In this document: positions 47,840 to 61,040 of the stretch, piece by piece
Layout: every line of letters starts with the position of its first letter
Position numbering within the stretch: position 1 is the first letter of the stretch
DNA from: Selaginella moellendorffii
Taxonomy: Eukaryota > Plantae > Lycopodiophyta
DNA length: 64,000 nt
Reading direction: 5' to 3'
Assembly (NCBI RefSeq): GCF_000143415.4
Contig: NW_003314289.1
Location: 1,110,787 to 1,174,786, forward strand
The notes under the pieces: generated by a model
Database searches by the model: none
Told to the model about the DNA's origin: nothing
Seen by the model: the letters and a program-made list of their open reading frames with translations, nothing else
Translations under genes and position numbers: made by a program

Positions 47840-50800
47840 ATGGCCTTCAGGGTTGGGGAAAAGGTTTACATTTTGAATGGTGGGAAGAGAGTTGCAAAAG
47901 GGACCCTTGTGTCTATGGATCGGAACTTTGTTATACACTGTCAAAGGCTTGGGGAAGGCAATGCTGCTGTATCAGTAGAGACTGTCTTCGATGGGAATGT
48001 GGTCGCTATTGAACGAGGAGAGATGGTCGTCGGGGTAAATGTTGTTGTTGCCTTGAAAAATCTTCAGAAGAAAGCAGATGTTGGGGATAGCGCAAGTGTG
48101 ACGCATGTTCCCTCCGTGGATCTTAAGAACCGTGCTACATGGATTCAGGCAAAGGTGTTTCTAAACAACCCCGAGGGGGAGGTGGTAGCTGAGGGCTTAG
48201 CCACAGTTGTCGATCCAAGAGATGCAGTTGCTAATCAAGAATTGGGCTGGGATGATATTGGAGTTGCGATTTTAGAGGTTGTTGACACAGAAGAAAACAG
48301 TCTGACTATTGGAAGCATTGTGCGGTGGAAATTGAGGCACTTAGTGTTTGAGAATGTGAAGGATTCACAATCAAACACCACTACAACTGATGACAGAACA
48401 TCTCTTCATGGGAAAAGAAAGTACACTTTCCTAAAGCGCAGCCAAAGGGATCTGAGCAACGAACCGAAAAGGCAGAAAATGGCGATGGAGGTTCGAATGG
48501 TCTCGACAGTTGCTTGTTGCAAGAGGAGGTGCTGTCAACATGCTGATTGGGATGCTATTGAAGAGGAGAGAGCAAGATATAAGACATTGTCCTGGAAGGT
48601 AGCTCGCAATTTTGTGTATGAGGCATTACGGTCATCTATTGATGCTTCAGAACATCAGGTGGGGGGCATGGTCTTCTAGAGGGGTTTGGTCTGCATGAAG
48701 GCATGGAGAATCATTTATGGAGTCCCTCGAACCACATTCTACAGAATCAAAACTGAGTTCGAGGAACAAAGGGTTCAACAGGCAGTCCATGAGAACAACG
48801 GTACGCACAAAACCAGGGGTCATGTTGTATATGGAGAGGCAATCTTCAAGAGGTTTGTCGAGACATGTAGCGAGCAGCAACCACATAAAACCCGCCTCTT
48901 GGAAGATGGAACACGAGACACCCAACGAGTTCTCCCTTCCATGTATACCAAGGGGGCCATATTGGAAGATGTGAATCGGGAACTCCAGAGTAATGGCTAC
49001 AGGAAGCTGAGCCAATCTAGATTTAGTAGATTGTGGAGCAACAGGTTCAGGGATGTGAGTATAGGAAAGTACTCCAGCTTTTCAAAGTGTGACGAGTGCA
49101 CTGCTATCAAAATGGCTTTGTCGAAGAATTCTTGCAGCGCTCAAGAGCGAGAGACGTTGGTTAGAAAGCGGCTCGACCACAACATCGAGCAGAGAAGCTG
49201 CAGGACTGCATATTATCATAACAGGATTCTCTCCATGGAGAGACCTGACTCTTACCTCTGCATCATCCACGACAAAATGGACCAGAAAAAGACGTGCTTA
49301 CCTCGACTCAATCCTGCCCCCAAGGCAATCTCTTCATCCATGCAGCTGCCTGTGTCTCTGTTTGGCATAATCGCTCATGGGCATGGTGCCCAGAACTATG
49401 GGAACTTCTTTGTACCTCTATGGGGTGGCGGGGGTGCAAACATGATGATTGCGTCCCTAGCAAAACACTTAAGGTCTCTGCAAAGTGCGCAGACTGAGCT
49501 GAACGGCCAACCCTTGCATAAGGCCCTTGTCGATCGAACCCCATACAGGGTTCAGCTGGAGGAGGAGCAAAGGCTTGCAGTATCGCGTGGGGCCCCATGC
49601 CATCCCAGTGAATATGTTGGCCGTCAGATTGTAGGGTTATCACGTGAGGCCTCATGCCATTCCGACGAGGCTGGTCGCCCGGTGAATGCACAGCCTCATC
49701 CAAACGAAGCAGAATCTCAAGGAAGTTCTTGCGGCCGATGTGGCCTTCCACCCCATCTTCTGCTCCAAACAGACAATGCTGGCAGTGAGAACAAAAACAT
49801 GTACGTCTTCGCGTACTTGGCGATGCTTGTTGCCAAAGGCATATTTGAAACGGTTACACTTGGCTTTCTCATGGTTGGGCACACTCATGAAGACGTCGAT
49901 GCCATGTTCAGTCACCTGGCAGAGTCCCTCCGGCGATCCAATGTCCTCACCCTCCCACAACTCTACGATGAATTCCAAAATTGCATCAAAGGCATTGTTG
50001 AAGCTGCACTTCTGACAGAGGTTCCAGACTTTAAGGGGTTTGTAAGAGGCTACATCAGGGACGGATCCGAAACGCTGATTGGCCACTCCAAGCCTCTTCA
50101 GTTTCATTTCAACATGTGTGACGGTGCTCCAGTGATGAGGTACAAGATGAGAGAATGGGACACAGTGTGGCTGCCAGTGGACGGCATTGAACTCTTCAAG
50201 AGAGATCCCATAACTGGGGAACCTATGATTCCTCAGGGTTCCCCACGGCCGATGCACCCGGATGGACTCAAAGACCAGGAAAGTATAGTGGCCGGGATTA
50301 GACAGCATATTGCCTTCTGGAAGAGGGGGTTGGTGTTTGGTGGAGAATCCTATTTTCAGAGGTGCAAGCCTTTGCTCGAATACTGGGAGAAGATTATATC
50401 TACTATCCAAAATGGGCCGGTTGTATATGAAGAATTGGAAGAGTCCTTTTGGCCAAAACCTAGAGCACCAGATAGTAGCGGAACAATGTCCTCTGGAAAT
50501 GCAGTGACAGATAACAATGTTGAGGATCACTATTGTGGGCCGAGGAACAAGAAGCCGGATTCAACATTCAATCCAGTACAGGTTTGCAAAGGAATGGTCG
50601 TGCTTGTCAGACCCAGTAATAAAAAACAAATGATATGGGTGGGGCGCTGCATCACTGATGCAGAGGAGGACGCGGAAACTAACTCCTTCAATGTAACTGT
50701 GGAGTGGTTCAAGCCAAGTTCCGGATATACGAACGATTGCCTAGAAAAGAGATGGGTGCTGAATCCAAGGGATCCCAGCATGAGCATATCGGTGGATAAT

Positions 50801-50981
50801 GTTGTGCATGGTTGGATGCGGAAGCAGAGTGCCACCATCACCTTGCCAGACCATGCAAGAGATGCAGCAAGAGCATTCATAACCCGGGTTCAAGGTGAGA
50901 TTCATGAATATTCCTTTACTAAGTTTCTAATGTATTTTATTTCAAGGTGAACAATCCGAATCTGAATCAGAGGAGGCGTGA
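47840..50981 (+). pseudogene. Sola1-like DDD transposase (~1030 aa) with one in-frame TAG (48677-48679) and a terminal intron at 50895-50946
   Basis: CCKRRCC, VCMKAWRIIYGV, KCDEC, IIHDKMDQ and LQTDNAGSENKN...LGFLMVGHTHEDVDAMFS. The 279-aa and 754-aa ORFs are in the same frame. Confidence 0.8.
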
Positions 50982-53900
50982 TGGCATGTGGCCTTACGCT
51001 ATTCCTAGGTGAGATGATACAAATAACAAGTATAAATTCTTAGTTGTTCTAGCAAATCTTACTTAAAGTTCAAGGTGAACAAGCCGAATATGAATTCATC
51101 GGATTGTTATAACAAATTGCGAGGTGATGGCATGAGGCGATACGCCATTTGAGAGTGGTAACCATTCCTATATGAGGTGAGTGAAGTATTTATTAGAAAT
51201 ACCTCATTCAATTGTGCACTTCTAAGTCTTGGTCCACTTAGTACTGTTTGCATGTTTTTATTTTAATTCTTTCTCTAAAATGTTATTTAGCATGTGGCTT
51301 CATGCCATTGCTCTCCACAATCATGCATTGAATTTCTATCCTTGCATAATACTTCTCCATATATATAGCATGTGCGCACATGTGATATGGTTCATTAGGC
51401 CTGATATAGTGTGTGAGGTAAAACAAAGATGATGTGACATATGCATTTACCAATCACACGTGCATAAATCTAATAATATGGCGTGTGGCCCATATTAATG
51501 GCACATAAACCCATATTGTGGGCTTACGTGCTTTATGTACCATCATTCCCTTGCAGCGAGTGTGTTGGTTTCCTTTTATAACACAACGAACTCCATATTT
51601 TAGGGTGAAGAGCGTTCTCATGGCAAGCACAAAATCTGTAAGTGAGGCAGAAAAGGAGACGGAGAAGGAGATAGGTGAAGATGTAGAATATATAAGTCTT
51701 CCAAACTCCCCGTACTATACTCCAGGTGATCATTTTTCTGAACAAACGGCAACATTAACAACTATCGAGAACGCCCCAGTAACGTCAGAGATAACAATCC
51801 AAAGCAAAACAACTGACCCGGAGAAGGATGATAGTACCGCTGAGAGTACCAAAAAGGAGGTGTCCACTAGCGCTTAGGCTTATAATGGCGTGTGCCCTCA
51901 TGCCATTTACTTGATCACCAAATACCTTTTTCCCTTTGCACAAGTATATCTTAATACCGGTCTGAGAAATAGAATGGCATGTGCCCTCAGGCCTTTTACT
52001 AAATCACCTTTGAAAGAAATGCAAGCCTCTATGTCGTAAAAAAAAGGTACTAGAGAAATTCCTTAATAATATGAATGTTATTTAGTTTCATGAAAATACA
52101 CTAAGGGTCAAATGAGTTAAATGACTTCTCCAGACTAGCAATGCCTCTTGCTACACCTTCACAATTAGATTCGTTAGAAAAAGATAACATTGAATAATAT
52201 CTAAATGTTCTCACCATTAAGTTATATATCTGGCTAATAGGAATGACGTTCATCTTGGAAAGCTCACCACACGCTCAATGAACAAACAAATAGTGTGTGC
52301 GCGCATGCCATCGTTCTTCTTTAGCTTCAGATTCGGCTTGTTCACCTTGACAATGAGATTTATTATACAACCAGATGGACTCAGTCTGGACATAAAGTCA
52401 CCGCACTAGTCACCATGCCCCAGATATGTCTAGCCCCTGGACAAAAAACATATAATTTCACGTCATTTTCAAATACTTGAAAATTTGTACCTAGTCCCAT
52501 TTTACTGAATAAATCCCACTTTAACGAAATAGAGCATATTACCCTTTTCTAGAAAGATGACATTTATGCCTTTCTTCTATAATATTATGCTAGGTAGCAG
52601 TTTACACCTTGCATTTTGTTAAACTCTATAAGAGTAGTGAGCTCTTACTAATACTAACTTAGTCTTGATGGCCTTGCACTTTAGCTGAGGATGGTGATGT
52701 TTAGCCTAGTTGTTTGAAGTTGAGGTGTTAATACTTATATTATAGCTTTGTTTATGAGGAGGTTATGTACCAGAGTCTATCTCATAGTCTTTACTATAGT
52801 TTCAACTAAATGTTGATCATGCATAATTAGCATCTTCAAGGCATGCTCAGAGTTGTTAGCTAAATGCATTAGTGAGTTTATTGCAGTTGAGTTGGATTCA
52901 AGTGGTCATTTAGTTCATGCTTATCTATGAACCTTTATCTTATATCTAGGGTATTACATTCATATTGGACAAGTATATGACTCGATGGCATAAGTTTAGT
53001 GTTTGAGTTTTATGAAGGGCAAGTTAAAGAATGATTATTGGTTGTTTTGCAACTAGTAATTACTTGTAGATTTTGTCGAGGAACGTTAACACTTGCTTCA
53101 CTTGATGATGATTTAGTGGTGATAGGTTTACTTTACTGGATGGTGTTACGGAGGATCGTGTCATTAAACTTGCATAATTTTTCCATGTTAGCATATCGAT
53201 TCTACCTTTGTCGATATCATTTAGTTATGTTTAGTCTATGGTGTTAGATTTCATTGAGTTGTGGACATGGTGAATCACTCCTTGATGATGTGTTATTTAT
53301 AACTAAATATTGTTGAAGGATTGATTTTAGATACTGACTAAGGTATCTTCAACTTTTTGTAGCTTGATTGTTAGAGAGCTTTGAGTGATGATTCACTCTT
53401 GTTTTCTTTTAGCTTTATTCTAGTGTTGATGGTATTAAAGTGATTTTTTGTCATTGATATTATTGATGTGGAGATTCAAGTGAAATAAGATGTCTCTCTG
53501 TAAGATTGATATTAAGTTTCATTAGTCTTGATGCAAATAATATTAATACTTAGGCTATAGCTTTGTGTTATTAGCATTTGTGCAATTGCTAGTTAGCAAC
53601 TATATTGGCAATCAAACAAATTGAGTAGTAGTTAAGTTAATTGTATCTTAGAAAGTTGTTTAATAGAGGTTGAGTTTTAAGCTTTTCCTTGAAAAATGAT
53701 TCAATTATGGATTATACTAACTTTAAGAGAGGAAGAGTTAGTGATCGATAATGAAGATGTTAATTCCTTGTTGGATTTAAGTTAGGGATATATCAATCAT
53801 TGATGATTCTTTTCATGTTTGTTACAAGTGAGTTACGTTTGGTTGTAAATGAATTCATAAAGGATCGTTTGATGATCACTTGTTAAGCATATCTTCGTTG

Positions 53901-56900
53901 TGCTTAACTTTTGGATTGATGCAAACATATTTTTCATTAGCTTTGGCATTATGAAGTATAGCTTTTAAATGTGTTGAGAAGGATATTATGTTGTATTATA
54001 ATTTCTTCTTTAGTATTGAAGTTAGTTCATATGAGACTCATGATCATTGTTATGCAAGACTTGGCTATAAACTTCTTCAAACTTTTAGTTCTTTAAGTTT
54101 TATACTCATTGTTTCATTTGTTAAAAGTTGTTAGGGAAGGTATTTTAGTTTATTATCTTTAATGTTAAAGGTAGTATTTGCATCTAGCAATCATTGATGA
54201 TGGATGACTATCATCTTGGGATAGTTTATTGTTCTCGTTAAGAGTTTTACCTAGTTGTTGTTGGTGATGAATGATTTGCTATACTTTGGGATAATGGATT
54301 ATTTCTTTGATAATGATTATGCATGTTTCTAATGATGAGATGATTAATGATCTTTCATGATAGTTAGTTGTTCTCATTGATAGCTTTTGGCTTTTTGCAA
54401 TACCATATATTCTTGTGGTTTGCTCTAGATTGGTCTCTTGAGTTTGAGACATCGGTAGGATGTTACTGAAGTTTGTTTAAGCAACTTTAGTTCTTCATAT
54501 TATTGACCAAGATCTATTCAAATTGGCTAATGTGATAGTTAGCATGAACATTGTGTTTGTTAGTTTTTGCAATGTTTATTTTGTTCTATTAACCATTGCT
54601 ATAGTTGGTTCTGATAGATTGGATATTATTTCTTTTAGATGATAAATTCGTAAGTATTTGATTTGTCAGTCGATGATACTTTATGTTCTTTTAGATGTCT
54701 TTTATAAGTTGTTTGGTATGTTATTTGCAATCTTTAATAATTAAGTTTTATCATTAAGTTTTCTTTATGATACATTAGCTATTGAATTTGCTGGATGATG
54801 AATTCTAAGTTTTCCAATTATGATGATCTTGGCCTATACTATAATTCTCATCTATCAAATAATAACTTAGAATACTTTTGTGTTCTAATCTAAGATTTAT
54901 TCACTAATACTTAAGTCTCTAATATATCATTGTTTATGACTTTAATATTGTCCATCTATTGATCTTTGGGTTTAGGCCAGTATAAGCAAATTGGCTTCAA
55001 CACTTTGTGTTCATGGTAAAATCTTTAGTTATAGGGTTAGCTATTATCGACTGGTCACATCACCTACCTCTCTCTTGATGTTCTTTATTTTGTTAAAAAG
55101 GGCGTGATCATAATTACCTATTTATAATCTATTTAAACCTTACTGATAAGTTTGGTTTCTTTGCTCAACAGGGTTAGGGCCATGCCATATGTGGGTAAGG
55201 GCTATTACTCTTTTGTAAACTGGGTAACACCTAGAGCAGCAAAGGTGGCTAACTCTATTAGTCATTTTTTTGTCGGCAATGGCCAGAAGGTGTTTGAGTG
55301 TAGTGCATTTGCATCAGACAAAGAGGTTACCTTAACTTATTTAAATTGGTGTATTTCTCACAAAGTGTGAATACCGTGAACTTTTTCTAGAGTTATTTCC
55401 TTTGCGGTATTCTAAACTAGAGTATGTATTGACGAGAACGTCAATCTTCCCTGGGGGGAGAGTGTCGCAAATGTGGCTTTGGGTATTGAAAGTTATTTGT
55501 CCACTAGTTCTTTTGGATGTTCTATTACAATGGCAAAAAGTTGGTATTGCTGAACCCTTTATCAGTCCCTTTTGTGTTAGTGAAGTTAACTAGGCATTTT
55601 GAGTATACTTAGACCAAACGAGCATAAAGACGAAATTCCTACATGCAATTAGCTAAGCATATTTAACCTAGTAAAGAGTTCCCGTCTTATTCTATCTTGC
55701 ACTAGCTAGTGACAAGAACCCTTGCGTATTGAGACTAATCCCTTAATATCGCTAGATGATAGCTTACTGTGTCTGCTAAACACCCTCGCTATCATACACT
55801 TTGTATTAGTTTCATTTGGTCCCAATTACTATTTATAGTAAATGTCTAAATTTGCTAATTTCGTATATCTATGGAATGTAGATATTGTCTTGAACATAAT
55901 AATGTTTATCCCGTGTTCAAATTCACAATTTAGCACCATTCCATATTTATTAAGTCTTGAGTTAGTCCCAGAGATTAACTCTTAGTAGTAAGGATGGCTA
56001 AGGGAGAAAGCCCAAAGTGTGCATTCCTCAAAAGGGGGTTATAAAGGGTTTTAAATATATAGTAGAGATAATGGGTAAGTTGAGTATAACTAACTAACTT
56101 GAGGCATAATTTAGCTTCTGTTTACGTGCCTATCTTTATTTTGCATCAAACTTGGGTTTAAACCCAAATTTCACACCATACTAGTTGATGGAGTACATAT
56201 CCTTGCGTTATGCCACTAATATGCTAAAATAGCGTCAAACTCCATTTGGCTTTGTTTTGTATATTAATCCTAGCATTAGGATAGATATTCTAAGATTATT
56301 CCAAGTCACTCAATGCTTTTGTCCTTTTGCTTTTTAGGCTGTACATTTGGGAGTTGCTTTATGCTTCAGTTCCTTTGTTCTTTAACTCCATGCTTAATAG
56401 TTTGGCTCCATTCCTTTATTTAGTGGCCCAAGGCTTTGAAACTTAGGTTCCATTTTGCTATCCTTGGACATGTGGTATATAGCATGTGGCATGTGACATG
56501 TGGCACATAAAGGAGGGTTTAAGTTCCACTTCGTAGTTATCCTATAGTTAATGACCATAGGGTAAAGGGTAAAAACCACATATGCTACAATATTAATCTT
56601 TCAAAAGTATGATATTGTAGCGTGTAGCGAAAGTAATACATGGATTGTTATTTCTTGAGAGGAATTAATCTCTTAAACTTGGTTAATCAATTCACTCTGA
56701 CTTAAACTTCCTTTGAGTCTTTTGATAAATATGTAATTTTATTACTGTTGTGAAATAGATAAGTATAGCTTTTCTTTTGGAGCCTTCACTTGCTGATAAC
56801 TCTATATATTTGACAATACTCCAAAAAAGTTTCTTTATGAATTTTCAATAAAAGTTTATATTTTCCTCTTCAAAAGTGATTACCAGCCTCTAGGCAGAAT

Positions 56901-57269
56901 AATGGACAAGGCTGATTAACTTATCACCTTGATGAAGATAAATAACCATTTTATATATATATATATATATATAACCATACCATTATTGCAAAGATCCATC
57001 CAAATATAGTAATTGCTTACATCTTATCATAAATTAGTCACGAGCATTTAACCAAAAGACAAAGAATTTATGTTTGATTAGGGATTGGGAATTGGGAGTT
57101 TTTCCAAATTCCATAATCTTAAATTCAGCTAACAATTACAAGCACATTAACGCTACACAGAGTTGGAGTGCCCCCCCCTCCCCCCCCTCTTTTCTATGTT
57201 ATCTCGTACTATGCTCTTCTGCACTGTATTGACAAAGTAAGTTAGCCAACATTAATATGTACACCAGAC

Positions 57270-57870
57270 TTGAAGATGTTGCAGAAGAATGAGAGTAAGC
57301 AAAACGCTACATCAATAAGGTAATTTTACTTTCTAAAACTCAAACGGATTCAGAGTCCGTACAAGCCATATTACATGTTCTAAATCCATGGGAGTGGTCA
57401 GACTGCAGGTAAGGCCACCTTCTATGCTTATTTATACCAAACTTTTCTATTACCTTTGCAGCAATTATATCAGTCGAATCTACAGCATTAAAGATATTCG
57501 AAAATCCATGCTACCTTTGTACACGAAGCTAGTCACGGCCGCCTGAGTATTTGGAGCTTTGGTCTTTTATATCTTGTATTATAATTTCTTTTGTTCCTAA
57601 CAGTGGTGTTATTCCAACCATAGGCACTCGAAGATGGGTGAGGGCTCTCAATCTCACTATCTAAGTCCCTTGGAACTCCAAGGAAGAGTAAGTATAAGTT
57701 TCAAACATTAGAAACCAAACGTTAAGGTGGGACGATGGGCTGAAGTTTACGACGGTTTGACTTTCGCTGCAGTGCATCGAGCAGGACATATGGTACTGAG
57801 TACACAGTCACAACGAGGACTCGATTTTAAGGCTTTCTCTCTGGAAACCCACCACCGCGCTTTCACAAAC
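57270..57870 (+). pseudogene. Serine carboxypeptidase-like pseudogene, 3' half only
   Basis: ESVQAILHV..WSDC, KSMLPLYTKLV, GVIPTIGTRRWVRALNL and VGRWAEVYDGLTFAAVHRAGHMV, with stops and frameshifts. Confidence 0.85.
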
Positions 57871-57975
57871 AAGGATCTACGTAAAAAAACAACCTGCAAA
57901 ACTTTCTAAAGAATAAATTCTTGGTGCTGGGGTTTCATTCATAACGTTCTTCTAGCTACCAAGTATAGAGAACGT

Positions 57976-58620
57976 TTGGAGCTCAATCGACTTCTCCAGA
58001 TCTTGAGAAGCCATCAAGGAATCAGCAAGGACATACCAGGTGTGTTTTGGAGAGTTCTGCAACAAGCTAAGTTGTCTCAAAGACGGGAAATGGCTCCATG
58101 GTCTTGTTTCCAGTTCCCGCTTTTGGATTGGATCAAACACATTTTGGAAACACACTCTTAAGTCTATATAGCAAGTGTGGGGCGATCCAGGAGGCTTTAC
58201 AAGTTAGTATGGAGCAGAGAAATGTTGGTGATGATCTCGGCATTTGCCATTTGATGAGGCATAATTGCTTCACTCGGCTCTGACGTTCGTAGACACGGAC
58301 TTAGTCTTTGGAAACTTGCTCACCAACTTATGAGAAGTGTGGATGTCTCCGGAAAGTGTTTGAGCGGATGATCGTGTCTCCTGGACGTGGATGGTGGCCA
58401 TGCACGCTCAACACGGTGATTGCCAGAAATCGTGGTTTTTGGAAAGATGTAGCAAGGTGGCGTCAAGGCACTTTCACGGTGGTTTTGTTTGCATGTTCGC
58501 TGGAGCGAGTTTGGGATAGAACCCTCGAGAGATCACTACACTTGCATGGTTGATCTCTTGGGACGGGCTGGGAGAGTGTTGACGATCGAATTCCTCGACT
58601 AGCAAGCCGGATCTAGCTGT
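57976..58620 (+). pseudogene. PPR gene remnant
   Basis: FGNTLLSLYSKCGAIQEA, YEKCGCLRKVFERM, FTVVLFACS and HYTCMVDLLGRAG in different frames. Confidence 0.8.
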
Positions 58621-58942
58621 GCTCTTGAATTCGTGTAGGAGTTTTGCGGATTGAGGATAAAGGATTGCCGGCGGCGTGCTCGACAGCTACTTACAAATTC
58701 GCAACTTTAAAGTTTATTGTTCCATAGGATTGGTGTGGCGATCTACGGCTGTGGTAGTTTATCTATACGCCACGTGGCGGTTCCTTATTGGCATTATTTT
58801 GAGGAATCAAACGGATATGCTTCGCCATGGCGGAAGAATAGGTCGGTCTGGAGGAGACGCTGGTCATCCAACGCAATGCGCCCGTCTGGATTGAGGATCT
58901 ACCGGTAAGGAAGGATATCACAGCTCCCTCTTCGCGCCGACA

Positions 58943-61040
58943 ATGCTGCTGGAAGTGGGATCGCTGCGCAGCGCGGGCAATGGGAGCTACTGCCTGGCCA
59001 CATTTCCCGGCCGGAGTGCCAAGAACAGGCAATCGCGCGTAACGATTGTATGCGCCCGGGGCAAGGCGATTGATGGCAGCAGCAGCAGCAGCGGCACCAA
59101 GAGATTCCCTTTGGGTGGCACCAGAAAGAAGATCAAAGACGAGGAAGGCAGCGATGGCGAGCAGGAATCATCGAATGGCGCTCTGAATTTCGGGACGCAG
59201 CTCTTAAATCTCGCCTCCAGGAGGGACAAATCTTCTCCCCCGGCTAAGAGTGGAACCAAGAAAGAGCTCGCTTTGTCACTGGGTCTTCTTCGCCGAGCTC
59301 CCGACGCTAAGACAGTGTTTGTGGCTGGAGCAACTGGTCAGATCGGCGCTAGAGTCTCGCAGCAGCTACTCCGGAGTGGATTCACAGTCCGTGGAGGTGT
59401 CCGCGATCTCTACTTCGCCCAGCAGCTCGCGGAGTTCGCTACGCAGTATGGGGTGAGTGGAAAGATAGTTTGGTTTATATCCGTTGGAGGAGATTTCTCA
59501 CAGTGTTCTCCGGCGCGCAGGTGATCAGCAGGGACGAAGCACGGAAGATCAACGCAGTGGAATTCGATTTCAAGGACGTAGAGTCGATAGCAAAGGCTAT
59601 AGGGAACGCAGGGAAGGTGGTGGTGACGGTCGGTCCCTCGGAGGATGGTCCTCGGGGGAAAGTCTCGGCAAAGGATGCCCTCCAAGTTCTAGAGGCGGCC
59701 AGTGTAGCACAGGTGGGGCATGTTGTGGTGGTGGCCGAGGCTGGCGGTGTGTCGAGCAGCGGCGGCGGTCCGCTGGCCTTGATCACGGATTTCTTCAGTA
59801 AGTTGTTCAGCAAGGGTGCAGAAGTCTCGACTGATTCGTTGCTCGATAGTGTTGTGGACACGGAGCTGAGGTTTACGTTTGTCAAGGTGAGCTCCACCGA
59901 GGGTGTGGATGATTTCAGCCCCGACGGAGAGAATGTAGTGCTGCTGTCTGAAGGGACGTATAACCAAGGCACGGGAAAGGTACCGATCGAAACAGCTTGC
60001 TCCTTTTCTCTTCTTACGCATTGGAGTTTCTTGTGTTCCAGGTATCGAAGTCTCAACTCGCGTCTGTTGTAGCGGGGATCTTTGCAAACATTGCCATAGC
60101 AGAGAACAAGGTTAGTTCCCGTTCCCATGCACGTAATACGTAAAAGGGGAGTTCGTTACAAAGTTTGGCTTTGCGTTTTAGGTGGTCGAGGTTGCCACTG
60201 TTGAACCTGGAGCATCCAAGCCCATTGAAGAACTACTAAGGTGCTCAAGTTATCTTTTCCTTCCTCTGTATGATTCTTCTAACCCGCGCCCGTGCCAGTG
60301 CTATACCAGAGGATGGAAGACGAGCTGCATTGGCGGAGGCGCGAGACAAAGCGGAGGCCGAAGAGCGGCAGAGACAGCTTCGGGAGCAGGCAGAGGCCGA
60401 AGCCAAGAAAGCGCTGGAAGAAGCGAAGGATGCCGCTGCTCTCGCCAACGAGCTGGAGGAAGAGGCAAAGGAGCTGGCTAAACAGGAAGCACAGGCGGTT
60501 GCCAACGCTCAAAAAGCCAAAGACAAAGCCAAGGCCGCGGCAGCGTCGCTGGAAGCTCTGGGGGCAAAGATGAAGGATATTGGAGCTTCCATCAGCGAGA
60601 CATCGCAGAATGGCTTCGGTGGTTTCTTCAAGCGAGGCACAGTGGCTGGTCCTCCGGCCGAGGAAGAAGACGATTTGGAGAGCAGCGGGACATCCCAGAA
60701 TGGCTTCGGTGGTTTCTTCAAGAGAGGCACAGTGGCTGCCAAGAAAGAAGAAGAGAGTCAGGAGGAGGAAGAAGAGAAGCCAAAGTTTGGTCTGGGAAAC
60801 TTGTTTAAGAGGAGCAAGGACACAGCATCATCAGCCGAGACTCCATCGCCAGCAAAGAAAGTTCCTTTTTCCAAAACGAAGACCCCAAGTCCTCCAAAGA
60901 GACGATCGCCACCACCGCCACCACCGCCAGCGATGAGGACGAAGGCTCCGAGAGAGACGAGCAAGGCTCAAAGCTCGGCAGGAAAGAAGAGTGTGCTGGG
61001 AGGATTGTTCAAGCAAGACACGATATATATCGACGAGTAA
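58943..61040 (+). CDS. PTAC16: Plastid transcriptionally active 16 homologue (NAD(P)-binding Rossmann fold + coiled coil), 5 exons
   Basis: TVFVAGATGQIG, NAVEFDFKDVESIAKAIGNAGKVVVTVGPSEDGP, an Ala/Glu coiled coil and C-terminal GGLFKQDTIYIDE. Short GT-AG introns. Confidence 0.9.

Larger units (their letters stand above)
39224..52311. repeat. Dispersed 22-bp palindrome ATGGCRTGWGGCCWCAYGCCAT, about 29 copies
   Basis: Copies start at ~39224, 40301, 40376, 41618, 41809, 41950, 43422, 44699, 44759, 44836, 45615, 45750, 45909, 45988, 46845, 46917, 46953, 47568, 47666, 47736, 49582, 49639, 50981, 51127, 51287, 51478, 51885, 51974 and 52290. Some are degenerate. Confidence 0.92.
38840..52535. mobile_element. 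13.7-kb cut-and-paste DNA transposon, Sola1-like, with cargo gene
   Basis: Perfect 22-bp TIRs GCTCTATTTCGTTAAAGTGGGA (38840-38861, 52514-52535). Contains a DDD-type transposase. Composition differs sharply from the decayed flanks. No clean TSD (TAAA / ATAT). Confidence 0.85.
5157..56589 (+). mobile_element. Old Gypsy-type LTR element E, host of the nest. 5' LTR is split into 5157-5465, 17716-18072 and 35873-36312; 3' LTR is 55463-56589
   Basis: The three pieces are collinear with 55463-56589. A Met-type PBS (tttggtatcaaaag) follows 36312 and a PPT (ggggggagag) precedes 55463. The internal region 36313-38839 plus 52536-55462 is AT-rich and decayed. Flanks ATGAT/ATATT are not a clean TSD and the LTRs are quite diverged, so their pairing is inferred. 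Confidence 0.6.

Noticed and set aside
51518-51877. 119-aa ORF in the right arm of the DNA transposon
   Set aside because: Low-complexity with no recognisable domain. It could be an alternative exon but there is no support.
39224-52311. Palindromic repeats as a CRISPR array
   Set aside because: Spacing is irregular (tens to thousands of bp), copies lie within introns and exons, there are no cas genes and the context is eukaryotic.
59475-60128. Antisense ORFs over pTAC16, the transposase and the pol genes
   Set aside because: These are shadow frames of real coding sequence with no independent motifs.
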